From contig NW_026515681.1 of assembly GCF_025526975.1 (NCBI RefSeq), positions 744,001-783,449 of the forward strand: a stretch of 39,449 nt of DNA, in the 5' to 3' direction. Positions within the stretch are counted from its first letter, which is position 1, and each line of letters opens with the position of its first letter. The translations under genes and the position numbers were made by a program. The notes under the pieces were generated by a model that did not search any database, was not told where the DNA came from, and was given only the letters and a program-made list of their open reading frames with translations. The DNA comes from Fimicolochytrium jonesii. Its lineage: Eukaryota. Shown here in pieces: positions 23,758-34,633 of the stretch.

Positions 23758-26700
23758 AGGCCGAGCAGCTGGGCAACACCTGTCCTGGGCCTTCTCACCA
23801 CGCAAGTACTGCCAAGGGAGAAGCCACAAAACCTTGCTCCGATCCTGGCATCTCCAGCAACACCCTTCTCCTGACCACCAACAATGTCAATCTCCTATCT
23901 GAGATACCCTCACCCATGCGGACTTTGGGCCCATCCTCACCATTCGAGTACCCTGTTACCCTGCAGATATCGGCCCAGCGAGCTCCAGTTCAGCTTTCAG
24001 CACTACTCGACACCGGTGCGATGTCGTGCTTCATCGACGAAAGTTATGCCCGCAAGCACCGCATCCCACTTGTCAAGAAGGAGGACCCCATTGCGCTTGA
24101 ACTGGTTGACGGACGTCCCAGCCATGCGGGCTCCATTACCCATCACACCCAACCTTTGGGCATGTGGGTCAACGACCATTTTGAGGAGGTTGTATTCCAT
24201 GTGACATGTTCCCCGCATGCGCCAATCATCCTGGGGCTTCCCTGGTTTGAGCTCCATGATGTGGAGCTACATTGGAAGACTCGCACTCTTTGCGTCCGCT
24301 GCCATTGCGGTTTTGGACAATACGCCTCCTGGGATGCCCTGCCAACAGAACCTAGCCCGAAGCCCTCAAGAACCCCTGAACCTCTGATCCGTATCCATCA
24401 AGACGAGATTTCAGTCTCCCTGGCCCAGAGACCCAACACACTGGACCCAGCACCCACACCGATCCACGTATCGTTTATCAGCGCCCCAGCTTTCCGTGTG
24501 GCGGCAAGGCATGACCAGGCATTCATTGCCTACGCCAATCCGACCAAGTCAGATTCCCAAGCCCTGACGACCACTCCTCCAAAAGATCCGAAGGCCATCA
24601 TTCCTGAAGAATACCAAGATTTTGCGGACGTCTTCGCCAAGAAGAACGCGGATACCCTCCCAGAGCACCGACCCTACGACTGTCCCATCGACTTAGAAGA
24701 GGGCAAACAGCCACCGTTCGGCCCAATCTATAGTCTCAGCGAGCCTGAAATGCAAGCACTCTGTGACTACCTTGAAGAGAACCTAGCTAAGGGGTTCATC
24801 AAGCACTCCAAGTCTCCCGCCGGTGCCCCAGTCCTCTTTGTCAAGAAAAATGACGGTTCCCTCCGTCTGTGCGTCGACTATCGTCGACTCAACAATATCA
24901 CCATCAAGAATCACTATCCCTTGCCCTTGATTAACAGCATCATGGATCGTCTTCGAGGGGCACGCCGGCTCACCAAGATTGACCTCCGGGGAGCCTACAA
25001 CCTTCTTCGGATCCGACCAGGGGATGAATGGAAGACAGCGTTCCGATGTCGCTACGGCCTATTCGAGTATAATGTCATGCCGTTCGGGCTCACCAATGCC
25101 CCTGGAGTATTCCAACACCTCATGAACGACATATTCCGTGACATTCTCGACGTTTTTGTTGTGGTCTACCTTGACGACATTCTGATCTTCTCAAAAAACC
25201 CAGAAGACCACCCCAACCACGTCCGAGAGGTGCTCTCACGACTCCGCCAGCACGGGCTGTATGCGAAACCGGAAAAATACGAATTCAACCGTGACTCTGT
25301 TGAGTTCCTGGGGTTTATCATCTCCCAGCAAGGCATTTCCATGGACCCAAAGAAGACGGCTGCCATTACCGAATGGGAACCCCCGACGAATGTCAAAGGC
25401 ATCCAGCGCTTCCTTGGTTTTGCCAACTTCTACCGGCGATTCATCAAAGGGTACTCTGCGATCGTTGCACCCCTGACCACGCTCACTCGCAAAGACTTGC
25501 CATTCAAATGGACCCACGCTGCACACCTAGCTTTTGAAACCCTCAAGAAAGCCTTCACCTCCGCACCTATCCTGACTCACCCCTGACCCTGACAAGCCCT
25601 TCATTGTCGAATCCGATGCCTCCGACTTTGCCCTTGGTGCCGTCCTCCTTCAACCCGATGACACAGATCAACTCCACCCCGTGGCCTTTCACTCCCGCAA
25701 ATTTACTCCTGAGGAAATCAACTATGAGATCTACGACAAGGAACTCCTGGCTATCCAAGACTCATTTGCTCAATGGCGACACCACCTCATTGGTGCCCGC
25801 CACAAGGTCATCGTTTACTGTGACCACAAGAACCTCCAGTACTTCATGACTACCGGTACCCTCAACCGCCGCCAATCCCGCTGGTCAATCTTCTTTGCTG
25901 ATTTCGACTTTGTCATCACATACCGCCCTGGTACCCAGCAACACCAAGCTGACGCCCTCTCTCGTCGCTCTGAATACGAGCTAAGGGAGGGGGAAGAAGC
26001 ATTCCGCTCCCAGGAAACCACGATCCTCACCCCTGACCATCTCCGCCTGGCCGCCACTTATCTGACCCCACTGGACTCCTCGCTCCTTGACCAAATCAAA
26101 GCTGCCCTGGCATCCGATGTGTTTGCGCAAACCATCCGGCGACAGCTTAGGGCCCCCATTGCCCAGCAATCTCAAGAAGACCAAGAACGGATAAAGCGAT
26201 TCTCCGAGGAAAATGGGGTTCTGCTGTACGACAACCTTGTCTACGTCCCCACCAACAAGCTCCGTGCTGAGATCTGCCGGGACATGCATGACACGCGTTT
26301 GGCAGGACACTACGGCATGTCAAAGACCCTGGAGCTCATCTCACGCAACTACTGGTGGCCTAGCCAGTGGCGTTTTGTCAAGTCCTACATCAGGTCCTGC
26401 GACGTATGTGCTCAAGCCAAGACCAGCAGACACAAGCCCTACGGTCTCCTCCAACCCCTGCAGGTCCCTGACCGCCCCTGGGGGTCAATTTCCATGGACT
26501 TCATCACGGATCTACCAGCCAGTGATGGGGTTGATTCTGTGCTCGTTGTCATCTGCCGGTTCACCAAGATGGCGCACTTTGTACCGTGCAGGAAAACTGC
26601 CACCGCTGAGTCAACTGCAGATCTGATCTGGCACCATGTCATCCGGCTCCATGGACTCCCCGACGATATTGTATCTGACCGTGGCCCACAGTTCAACTCC

Positions 26701-27585
26701 CACTTCTGGAAACGTCTCTTCGCTCTCCTGGGAACCAAGGTCAACCTCTCATCGGCGTTCCATCCCCAGAGCGATGGACAAACCGAGCGGACCAATCAGA
26801 TTCTTGAGCAATACCTTCGCTGCTTTTGCAACTATCAACAAGATAACTGGAAGGAACTCTTGTCTTCTGCTGAGTTCTCTTACAATAACACCATCCACTC
26901 CGCCACCCAGACAACCCCCTTCTATGCCAACTATGGGTTCCATCCTCGATTCAGTCTGGCTTCCGCGACCACAACCGAATCCCTTAATCCTGCAGCCGAA
27001 GCTCGTGCCAACCATCTCAAGGAAATCCATGAACAGCTTGCCACTGAGCTCAAGGAGGCCCAAGGACGCATGAAGCGCTTTGCCGATGCTAAGAGGGCAC
27101 CTGGCCCAGACATGAAACCCGGGGACAGTGTCTGGCTCTTACAGCGGAATCTCAAGACTCTCCGACCTTCCCAGAAACTTGATCACCGTAAGATTGGCCC
27201 CTTCACAATCACGGAGAAGATCAACTCGGTCACATATCGCCTCAAGCTTCCCCCATCCTACAAAATTCACAACGTCTTCCATGTCTCCCTTCTTGAACCA
27301 CGTTTCACCATTCCGGAGCGAACTGAGCCAGAACCCACCCCACCAGAAGAAGTCGAAGGACAGGAGGAATGGATTGTGGAAGACATTCTCGACTCCCGTA
27401 TTTGACGCACGCACCTTCAGTACCTCATCAAGTGGCAGGGTTGGCCAAGCTCGGAGAACACATGGGAGCCAGTGGAACACCTTGCCCGCTGTCAAGAGCT
27501 TGTTGCCCAGTTCCACCAAAAGTACCCCGACAAACCCCGACCAAAGCCTGCCAACATCAAAACAACATCCGGACGCCGTGGCTAA
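23730..27585 (+). pseudogene. pol: Pol (protease, RT, RNase H, integrase, chromodomain) in the -1 frame of gag; disrupted by a +1 frameshift (~25580-25583) and a TGA at 27403-27405
   Basis: ALLDTGA (protease); LCVDYR, MPFGL and YLDD (RT); ESDASDFALGAVL and YDKELLAI (RNase H); H..H..CDVC with SMDFI/SDRG/QTER (integrase); EEWIVEDILDSRI*RTHLQYLIKWQGWPSSENTWEP (chromodomain). The pol frame is open from 23652. Confidence 0.92.
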
Positions 27586-27597
27586 AGGAGGGGGTGA

Positions 27598-28127
27598 TGT
27601 TATAGACGACGCGTCCATACCATGCGCTTACCTCATGACAGCATCCCAACAGTCAGTCAATGTCAATTCCCTGTCAAAACCTGACATCTGCCAAACCTCG
27701 CAGCCGCACGCAGCCGCGCTACCCCACACCTGCCACTGCCTTCATTTCTCCACGCAGCCGCACGTAGCCACACCTCCCAACACTCGGCGCTTACAAACCC
27801 TTCTCCATACTTCCCCACGTACCCGCCCACAGCCTCAGCGTAGCCACCCCATCCCCAGTCTTCTGTTTCTATGCTTCCCCACCCTTGGCGCTTCTCTTGG
27901 CTTCCCTCTCATTCCGTACCCTTCTGCATCCCCACGCTTCCCCAGCCTTCCCAGAAAAACATAAATAGCCGCCTCCCCTGAGCTCCCCACTTCCTGATCC
28001 CCCAGCAGATCAACACCAGTTCTTCCTAGTCTTGTTCTAGTTCTTGTTTCGGTCTGAATACCATTACCTGTCAACAACCTGCACCACAAGTCGCCTCTAT
28101 TTCCATCGGCTCCGCCCGTTCATAACA
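27598..28127 (+). repeat. 3' LTR (530 bp)
   Basis: Near-identical copy of 22250-22779, preceded by the polypurine tract. Confidence 0.96.
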
Positions 28128-28560
28128 CATCCCTCACCGACTCTCACCATTTGTCTATCTCATACAAAAAGGTCCTTTCCGCCATGATTTCAACCACTTT
28201 CTCAAAACTACCCTATCTGTCGCGCGAGTACGATGAGGTATATGAATATGATGAGCATCAATTTGACACCTCCAATACCCAGCCCTCCCCGATGTACAAA
28301 TGCCCAAACAATCACAAAAAGGTCGCTTTCGCCATTATTTCAGCCACTTTCTCAAAACTACTCTATCTGTTGGGCGAGTACAATGAGTTATGTGAGTACG
28401 ATGAGTATCAATTTGACACCTCCAATACCCAGCCCTCCCCGACGCACAAATGCTTCAGAATCATAAATCGGCCCTTTTCACCGTGATTTCTCAAATCCGT
28501 ATGTTCAGAAGCGTGAGTATAATGAGTACGATGAGTAGAATGAGTATCACTTTGACATCC
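28128..28560 (+). repeat. Tandem ~140-150-bp units, each with four GAGTA-like pentamers in 9-bp phase followed by TCAATTTGACACC (first unit at ~22190-22249, before the Gypsy)
   Basis: Pentamer clusters start at 28226, 28376 and 28515, with another at 22191-22222. Confidence 0.88.
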
Positions 28561-29226
28561 CCGCTTCCTGATCCCGCACGAAAAAATGCGATATTTTGAA
28601 ATGTCATTTTTGTCGTAAATTTCGGTTTTTTCGACCCAAATTTGCAACTTTTTTCCCAGATTTCGCCGTTTTCTCCCTTTATTTTCTCACTTTTCTTTCA
28701 TATTCTCATTTCCATTTTTAAAAACTTACCCTCAATTTCATTCCGTTGCCATCCATATTGGTCCGCCTCCATCCCCATCTACATATCCTCTTCTCCTCGC
28801 GTTTCTACCTCACTCCATACATCACTTTTTAACCATTGCCTAACCTTGTGCTCCACCGATTCAACCACTTTCACTACAGTCCCTTTTCTCACCACTTTCC
28901 CCGTTCCCTCCATGTCTCAAGCCATTCCCGTCACTTTTCCAATTTTTACCCTCCATCTTTTATCGAAATGCCATCTGTAGTATTGTAGTTCTTTTTTTCA
29001 GAAAAACTATATTTTAAACAGGCACTTTTAAAAAAAAAACTCTCTCCGTCGCAAACTCTTTTCTTACCCCCCCCCTATTATACAGAGGTTTCTACCCATT
29101 TTCACCACTACAATGCTACAAATCCGCCATATACTACCTTTACACTTTTCACTTTCTCCGTGCCCGTCACATTTACACCCTGTCATTTTGATACTCATCA
29201 TACTCATTTTACTCTCCTTACTCTCC

Positions 29227-31710
29227 TTACTCATCCGCCGAGTCTTCACATACTGAATACGATTGTTGCGGAAGCATCTCATATCGGTTTAATTTGATAC
29301 CTTGGAATCCGGTAGAAACTTTCGACATCCCTTTACCGTCTACATATTTTGTAACTCGAAGACACTTGTGGTAAGTTATATCATCTTGTGATCTAGCATA
29401 GTTTTGTAACCATTTCAACATATCGTTTCGGTTAATGCGTATGTTCTTATTTTGTTGCCGTTTGGCCCACTCGATACATTCTTTGTGGATATCCTCCACT
29501 AGAATCTTGTTTTCAGGTGCATGGAGACAGCAATCATCAAAAAACGTCTGATAGATGTCGTTATTTCTCTTGTACTTGATCGTATCATCGAGAATGGATT
29601 GCGGCGTCTGGATTCCTTCTTCCTTATACAATTTGTAATATTTGATTAGAATGGACATGAAGTACGGTGCTTGAAACCCTCGGTTTCGTTTGGCTCCCTT
29701 GTCCGCAAGATAGATATGCTTGTCAGGATCGCATAATGCCGGATCTGTAACGAAAGTGCTTGTAAGCGCAATTATGTTGATCCGTCTCCACGTACCATTA
29801 TCGACTTCTAAGATGACAGGTAGATCATTCACGGACAAAAACAGCAATGCTTTGATGACAAAGTTGGAACCGTTCTCATAGAGATTTCTCGCACGGACTG
29901 GATCGTAACCGGTTAGTTTTTTAACGTTCTCCATATTGAGGGCTTTTTCTTTCTTGTTTTCTTGGATCTCAATGAAACGTTTATATTTACCATCTGCCAA
30001 CTCCGGGTTCGCTTTGTCCCCGTTAAAGTCGTTCACCAGAATGGATGAGTTCCAACTCGTTGCGTAAACATCCATACTTTCGGTCATTAATCCTACAAGG
30101 AACGATTTTCCTTGTGCGCCCGGGCCGACCATAATATTGAACTTATCGTTGTGATTACACCCCAGAGATGAAGCGAAGTTTTCACAACATATTCCCTTTT
30201 TTCCGGAATCGGTAGAACTTTGTCAATTTGACTTTTCAAACGAACCGTTGTCTCATCATGCGGATCATACTCGATATAGTCATAGCCAATTTGCAGGAGA
30301 CAGTAATCGTTTGGCTTTCCATTCCGAAACTCCAATTTGTCTAAATCATAGACCCCGTTTCGAAAGCAGACAATATTTGTACATGTCTCTAATTTACGCT
30401 CAAACTGAAGGAAATCTTCCTGTGGAAAAGTAAAGGGCCGAGGTTTTACAAACGTTGAGGTAAAACTGATATGTTTCGACACAGGACGACAGTTTCTTTA
30501 GCATACCAATTAAGCGCTCGTCGCTTTGATGACTTTTCCATTTTGTCTTTTCTTCCAATAGAGGCATCAATTCTGTCAAAAGGCGATGTTGAAAGAACTC
30601 GCCGGAATCGCAAGTCCACCGATGGGACGAAAAGTACCACCAGACCTTATTCTTGTAGTAAAAATCATCTCTCCACAAAACAATAAGAAAGCGAGCGACC
30701 GCATCATGACTTCTGTGGAGAATAGCGTTTTTGGCAAGTTGATCTAACAAAGGATCTTCAAAAAGCGGTAATCTAATGAGAGGCGCTGTCTCTTCCACAC
30801 TATCGCTCTGTGCTACAATTGGTATGACTTCAAGTCCTAACTTCTCCAGGTAACTGACCTCGTAGTTCATTGGCTTTTCTTTGATGACGACGGAGAGGCC
30901 AGTCGTTTTGTTGACATGTTGCTGCAAGTTATTAATAAGAGTCTGGTCGACCGGTAAATTCTCTTCGTTTCGAAGAACTTGAAGGCCGTCGAATACGAGA
31001 ACAGGTACTTCATAACCACTGCTCTCCAGGAACGTCTCCATTTCGCCAAGAATGATGTTTTCATGATATTGAAGAACTTTGCTGTAGAACGAACCATCCC
31101 TATTTCCGTCGTTTTTGTTTTTCTTGGTAATTGCCCAAAGTTCCTTGAATTCGGGCATTTCCTTGAAAGGTGGGAGGAAAGTTTCGTATATAAATTTGTG
31201 AATGCTTTTGATGAACGGGTGACTGGGAACTTCATATGATTTGTTGAGCGCTTCCAAAACGGACTTCTTATTCAACCCGTATTTCTGAAGGATCGTATCA
31301 CGCTTTCTAACGTACTCGGTCAAATTCTTGCATTTGGGTAATTTCAGTTTCTTGCTCAATTGTAAGGTAATGCTTGGAAATGCGTTTTCGATGTCGAGAT
31401 CAATGTACAAGTCCTCCATACTGTAACAACGTAGATTCCTCTCAAACCCTTGACCGCCGACAAGGTGGCGCGCATACAACCGGCACTTCGGAGACGTTTC
31501 GGAGTACACATACTGAACATAGAATTTGTTTGTATCGTTCAACCTCAAATCCATGTACCTCTTGATTTGATCACGAGTGGCAACGTCGAGCAATTTACAA
31601 TTCTTCAATTGAATGAGTCTGTTGACATGTGCAACTTCGTGCTTTTCTCTCTCTTTAACGGCCGTCTTTCTAAAGCGTGTGGATTCAATGATCTGTTCAG
31701 CCATTTTCAT
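29227..31710 (-). CDS. TV-Pol (PolA-like) primase/polymerase fused to D5_N and SF3 helicase, ~827 aa; split by two 1-nt frameshifts (~30427 and ~30180)
   Basis: RLYA..., DLDIENAFPSI (PolA motif A-like), LQYHENIIL, VLVFDGL (motif C-like). Then FERKL..IVCFRNGVYDL..FRNGKPNDY (D5_N), GPGAQGKS (Walker A), FIEIQE (Walker B), LSVND, DNGTWRRI, and a winged-helix-like tail ending GFQGIKL. Spans ORFs 30400-31737, 30093-30482 and 29227-30132. Confidence 0.85.
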
Positions 31711-32098
31711 TTTGTGTGTGCTTAACGTTAGGCACACAATTGTTTTCTCAGGTTTCTAAACGCATTTTGGACGATGTCACAGATGCGTCTACGCATGCAG
31801 CAATTAAAGAAATAATGGCCTAATAGTATACAATTGAACTAAGGCGAACAAATGGCATATCAATATATTGGAACGTACGAAAAATATGGAATGAAACACA
31901 AATTCATTTCAAAGACAGTGCGGGATCTAGCGAAACAGATGGGGTAAACCGAAATACCATTACTTTGATCTCAAAATGCCCCGGGGGAAAACGATCAAGA
32001 CAAATTTTACCAATAACGGTTCAGAAGATTACGATTCCAGACAACATTATGTCCACAAAGGAATCTCAAATAAGTCCAACTGAAAATGGCCCAAATCC

Positions 32099-32476
32099 GA
32101 CAATTGGAGATTTATAGTTTAGGAGGCCCGGGAAAATGGGGGTAATTCTGATGCTCACGGTACTCACGGTACTCACGGTACTCATTATACTCAAAAAAGT
32201 ATGACAAATATGTCCATTGAGAGCGACGCAAAAGCGACAATTGGAGATTTAAAGTTTAGGAGGCTCGGGAAGATGGGGGGCTATTCTGATGCTCAAGATA
32301 CTCAGAGTACTTACGGCACTCATTATACTCTAAAATTTATGACAAAGATGTCCATTGGAAACGGATCAAATCGACAATTTTAGATATATAGTTTAGGATG
32401 TCTGGGTAGACGTGGGGTATTCCTGATACTCAAGGCGCTCAAGGCGCTCTTTGCACTCACGGTAGTGACTATACTC
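32099..32476 (-). repeat. Three tandem ~137-bp units with GAGTA-like pentamers in 9-bp phase, inverted relative to the 28.2-28.5 kb units
   Basis: TACTC/TGCTC/CACTC at 32152, 32161, 32170, 32179 and 32188; again at 32290-32330 and 32427-32476. The units share CGACAATT..AGAT.TA.AGTTTAGGA. Confidence 0.88.
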
Positions 32477-33013
32477 CTGGGGAATCATTCCACCTCGTGG
32501 TGAGTTTTTACCATAATTTTTGTGGTTGTGGATTTGCTCTCCAAGGCTGCAATTCAAAATGATCCAAACTCTCCGTCTATCAAATGGATTGGAGTCTTCA
32601 CAGCACCTGCACTCTAGGCAATCTGACGAAGTCTTGTGATATTTGTTGCAAAAATTGCAAATATAAGCGTGCTTTGCAACAAATCTATGTTTGAACATCG
32701 TTGCTTGGAACTGCTTCCAAAGTTTTGCGTCGTTAAACTTCCGGGGCAAGTATTCAAGAGGCTTTTTCAATAGGAACATCTTTTTCACATGAAACAAAGT
32801 CTCGTAATGGCCGGTTTTTTTGTAGGCTTCCATCTGCTCAGACATTCTATCTACTATATTTTCCAATTTTGTTTGGATCTCGTGCGGTGAAGCCATTGTT
32901 GAAACAATGCTCTTCTGCTCACGTCTCTCATAATTTTGCTTATATGCAAAGCGCCCTTTCATCGGTTCCTCTTCTGTGAGATCATCGTATTGGTCATTTA
33001 TCATCGAACTCAA
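32393..33013 (-). CDS. PLV orphan protein with a Cys cluster (possible zinc finger), 206 aa
   Basis: ORF within the viral gene block carrying CNFCNKYH..DCLECRCC. No recognised family. Confidence 0.55.
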   Translation of the reverse strand: MSSMINDQYDDLTEEEPMKGRFAYKQNYERREQKSIVSTMASPHEIQTKLENIVDRMSEQMEAYKKTGHYETLFHVKKMFLLKKPLEYLPRKFNDAKLWKQFQATMFKHRFVAKHAYICNFCNKYHKTSSDCLECRCCEDSNPFDRRRVWIILNCSLGEQIHNHKNYGKNSPRGGMIPQEYSHYRECKERLERLEYQEYPTSTQTS

Positions 33014-33016
33014 TCG

Positions 33017-33208
33017 CTATCGAAATTTAGACTCCAACCTTTTGGTCCTGTACGTTTGTCCCCACCAACATTTACCACAAAGGACTCGTCTTGGGATAAT
33101 TGGAATAATTTCGTCACAATCTTGACACTTTCGACACTGCGAAGGAATGATGATTTGTCCATATCGGTTGAATTTCTTTGTGTACGGTTTGAAAGTCTCT
33201 TCAGGCAT
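33017..33208 (-). CDS. Small Zn-ribbon-like protein, 63 aa
   Basis: CRKCQDC...CGKC. Ends 3 bp before the next ORF on the same strand. Confidence 0.5.
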   Translation of the reverse strand: MPEETFKPYTKKFNRYGQIIIPSQCRKCQDCDEIIPIIPRRVLCGKCWWGQTYRTKRLESKFR

Positions 33209-33466
33209 TGTTTACTTTATTTTTGCAGATAACTTTATATTTTTGAACCGCGCTCGTTAGTGGAGTTCAACAATACCGCAACCGTCAAGAAATTTGACAG
33301 TTTCCTCTTTTAGTAACTCCTTATCGCGAAATAGAGTTAAGTTTGAAAACAATGGAGTGTATCCACCACTGTTGACGCACCTATAATGAATCCGGAGGTG
33401 CGCTCAATATATAAGGTCGGGCGCCATCTGTAGCACCCCCAGTCATCAATAATCCTACTATCAAAC

Positions 33467-34552
33467 ATGCCTGCCGAACGACAACAACGCCCTGGACATC
33501 CGGATGTCCAAAGGAACAACAGACCTGCCGAACGACAACAACCGCCAGGACATGCGGATGTCCAAAGGCACAACAGACGAAAGAAGCGCGCTGAATTAAG
33601 CGAAGCGGAACTTCAGAAAAAACAGAAAGAACTTCAAGAGACACATGCCCGACGTTTTGCACAACAGATTGGATTAGTTCGCCGGAAGAACGCAGCCGGT
33701 GTTGAGATTGAACCCGAGGATCCTTTCCTGGTGTGGAACGATTACCACATCGAAACGACACTGCGAGGCGCACATGTGAACATCGACCCAATCGCTCCTC
33801 GTCAAGAAGCGAGTCGAAATAATGTCCCCGACATCGAACTCGATGTGTTCAAATTATTCATTTCGTCGAAAACCTCCGGTCTCGCAGAAAATTTTGATCG
33901 ATTTGTGAATCATTACTACGTCGGCTACTACTATAAGTGGCTCGTAGATCAGCGAAGAAATAGTCCCGGCAACGAAGATGTGCAAAGCGAAGAAGCAAAA
34001 GAGCAGTTGCGAACACAAATATTCAAAGCCAAACTTGAGAAAGAGAAGGGGATTCTTGCGGGCGGGTCGTCAAAGCGACAAATCAAATCGTTCAACCGCT
34101 TATGCACGAATATGTATATCGCTATCGACGAATTTGGTTGGGGCATTCTTACATGTCCTGCCCTACTTCGCTCGTCGAAAGGGAAAGCGATTGAAAATCT
34201 CACCGAGGATATCATCAATCGAGTCTTGAAGCGTTTTGTAAAACAAGGCGCGCACCAAGTGTCAACGATGTACGATGAAGACGTCCAGAAGCATGTGGAA
34301 AACCGTTTTCGCCTTTTGGAACCGGGAAAAGACGAACGCGTTGATATAACCCCCAGACAAGTTCGTCTTAACACGGTCAAGGAGAAAATAATGGAGGCGC
34401 AGGCGAGACGAGAACAAAATTTGCAGAACAACGAGGAGCAGGAGCAGGAGCAGGAAGAGGAAAACGAAGACGTTGGAGAGCAGGAAGAGCAAAACGAAAT
34501 CGTTGGAGAGGAGGAGGAGCAAATTGTGGAGGAGGAATTGGAATATGCTTGA
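33467..34552 (+). CDS. PLV orphan protein, 361 aa, with an 18-aa N-terminal tandem repeat, a basic NLS-like patch and a Glu-rich tail
   Basis: Long ORF with PAERQQRPGHPDVQRNNR/PAERQQPPGHADVQRHNR, RRKKR and an acidic C-terminus. Confidence 0.7.
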   Translation: MPAERQQRPGHPDVQRNNRPAERQQPPGHADVQRHNRRKKRAELSEAELQKKQKELQETHARRFAQQIGLVRRKNAAGVEIEPEDPFLVWNDYHIETTLRGAHVNIDPIAPRQEASRNNVPDIELDVFKLFISSKTSGLAENFDRFVNHYYVGYYYKWLVDQRRNSPGNEDVQSEEAKEQLRTQIFKAKLEKEKGILAGGSSKRQIKSFNRLCTNMYIAIDEFGWGILTCPALLRSSKGKAIENLTEDIINRVLKRFVKQGAHQVSTMYDEDVQKHVENRFRLLEPGKDERVDITPRQVRLNTVKEKIMEAQARREQNLQNNEEQEQEQEEENEDVGEQEEQNEIVGEEEEQIVEEELEYA

Positions 34553-34633
34553 TCATGAACTTCGATGTAGCGATGTAATATCGATATATGCGATTCTTTT
34601 TTTAACTTGTTATTTGAAGAGTAAAAACGAGTA

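Larger units (their letters stand above)
22250..28127 (+). mobile_element. Full-length Ty3/Gypsy chromovirus LTR retrotransposon (Tf1/sushi-like)
   Basis: Two 530-bp LTRs with TG...CA ends, a 5-bp TSD CATCC (22245-22249 and 28128-28132), a polypurine tract AAAGGAGGGGG just before the 3' LTR, and gag followed by PR-RT-RH-IN-chromo order. Confidence 0.97.

Noticed and set aside
28151..29282. ORFs 28151-28486, 28408-28647, 28642-28980 and 29064-29282
   Set aside because: Translations of the 9-bp-phased repeats and the pyrimidine-rich spacer; more likely cis-acting DNA.
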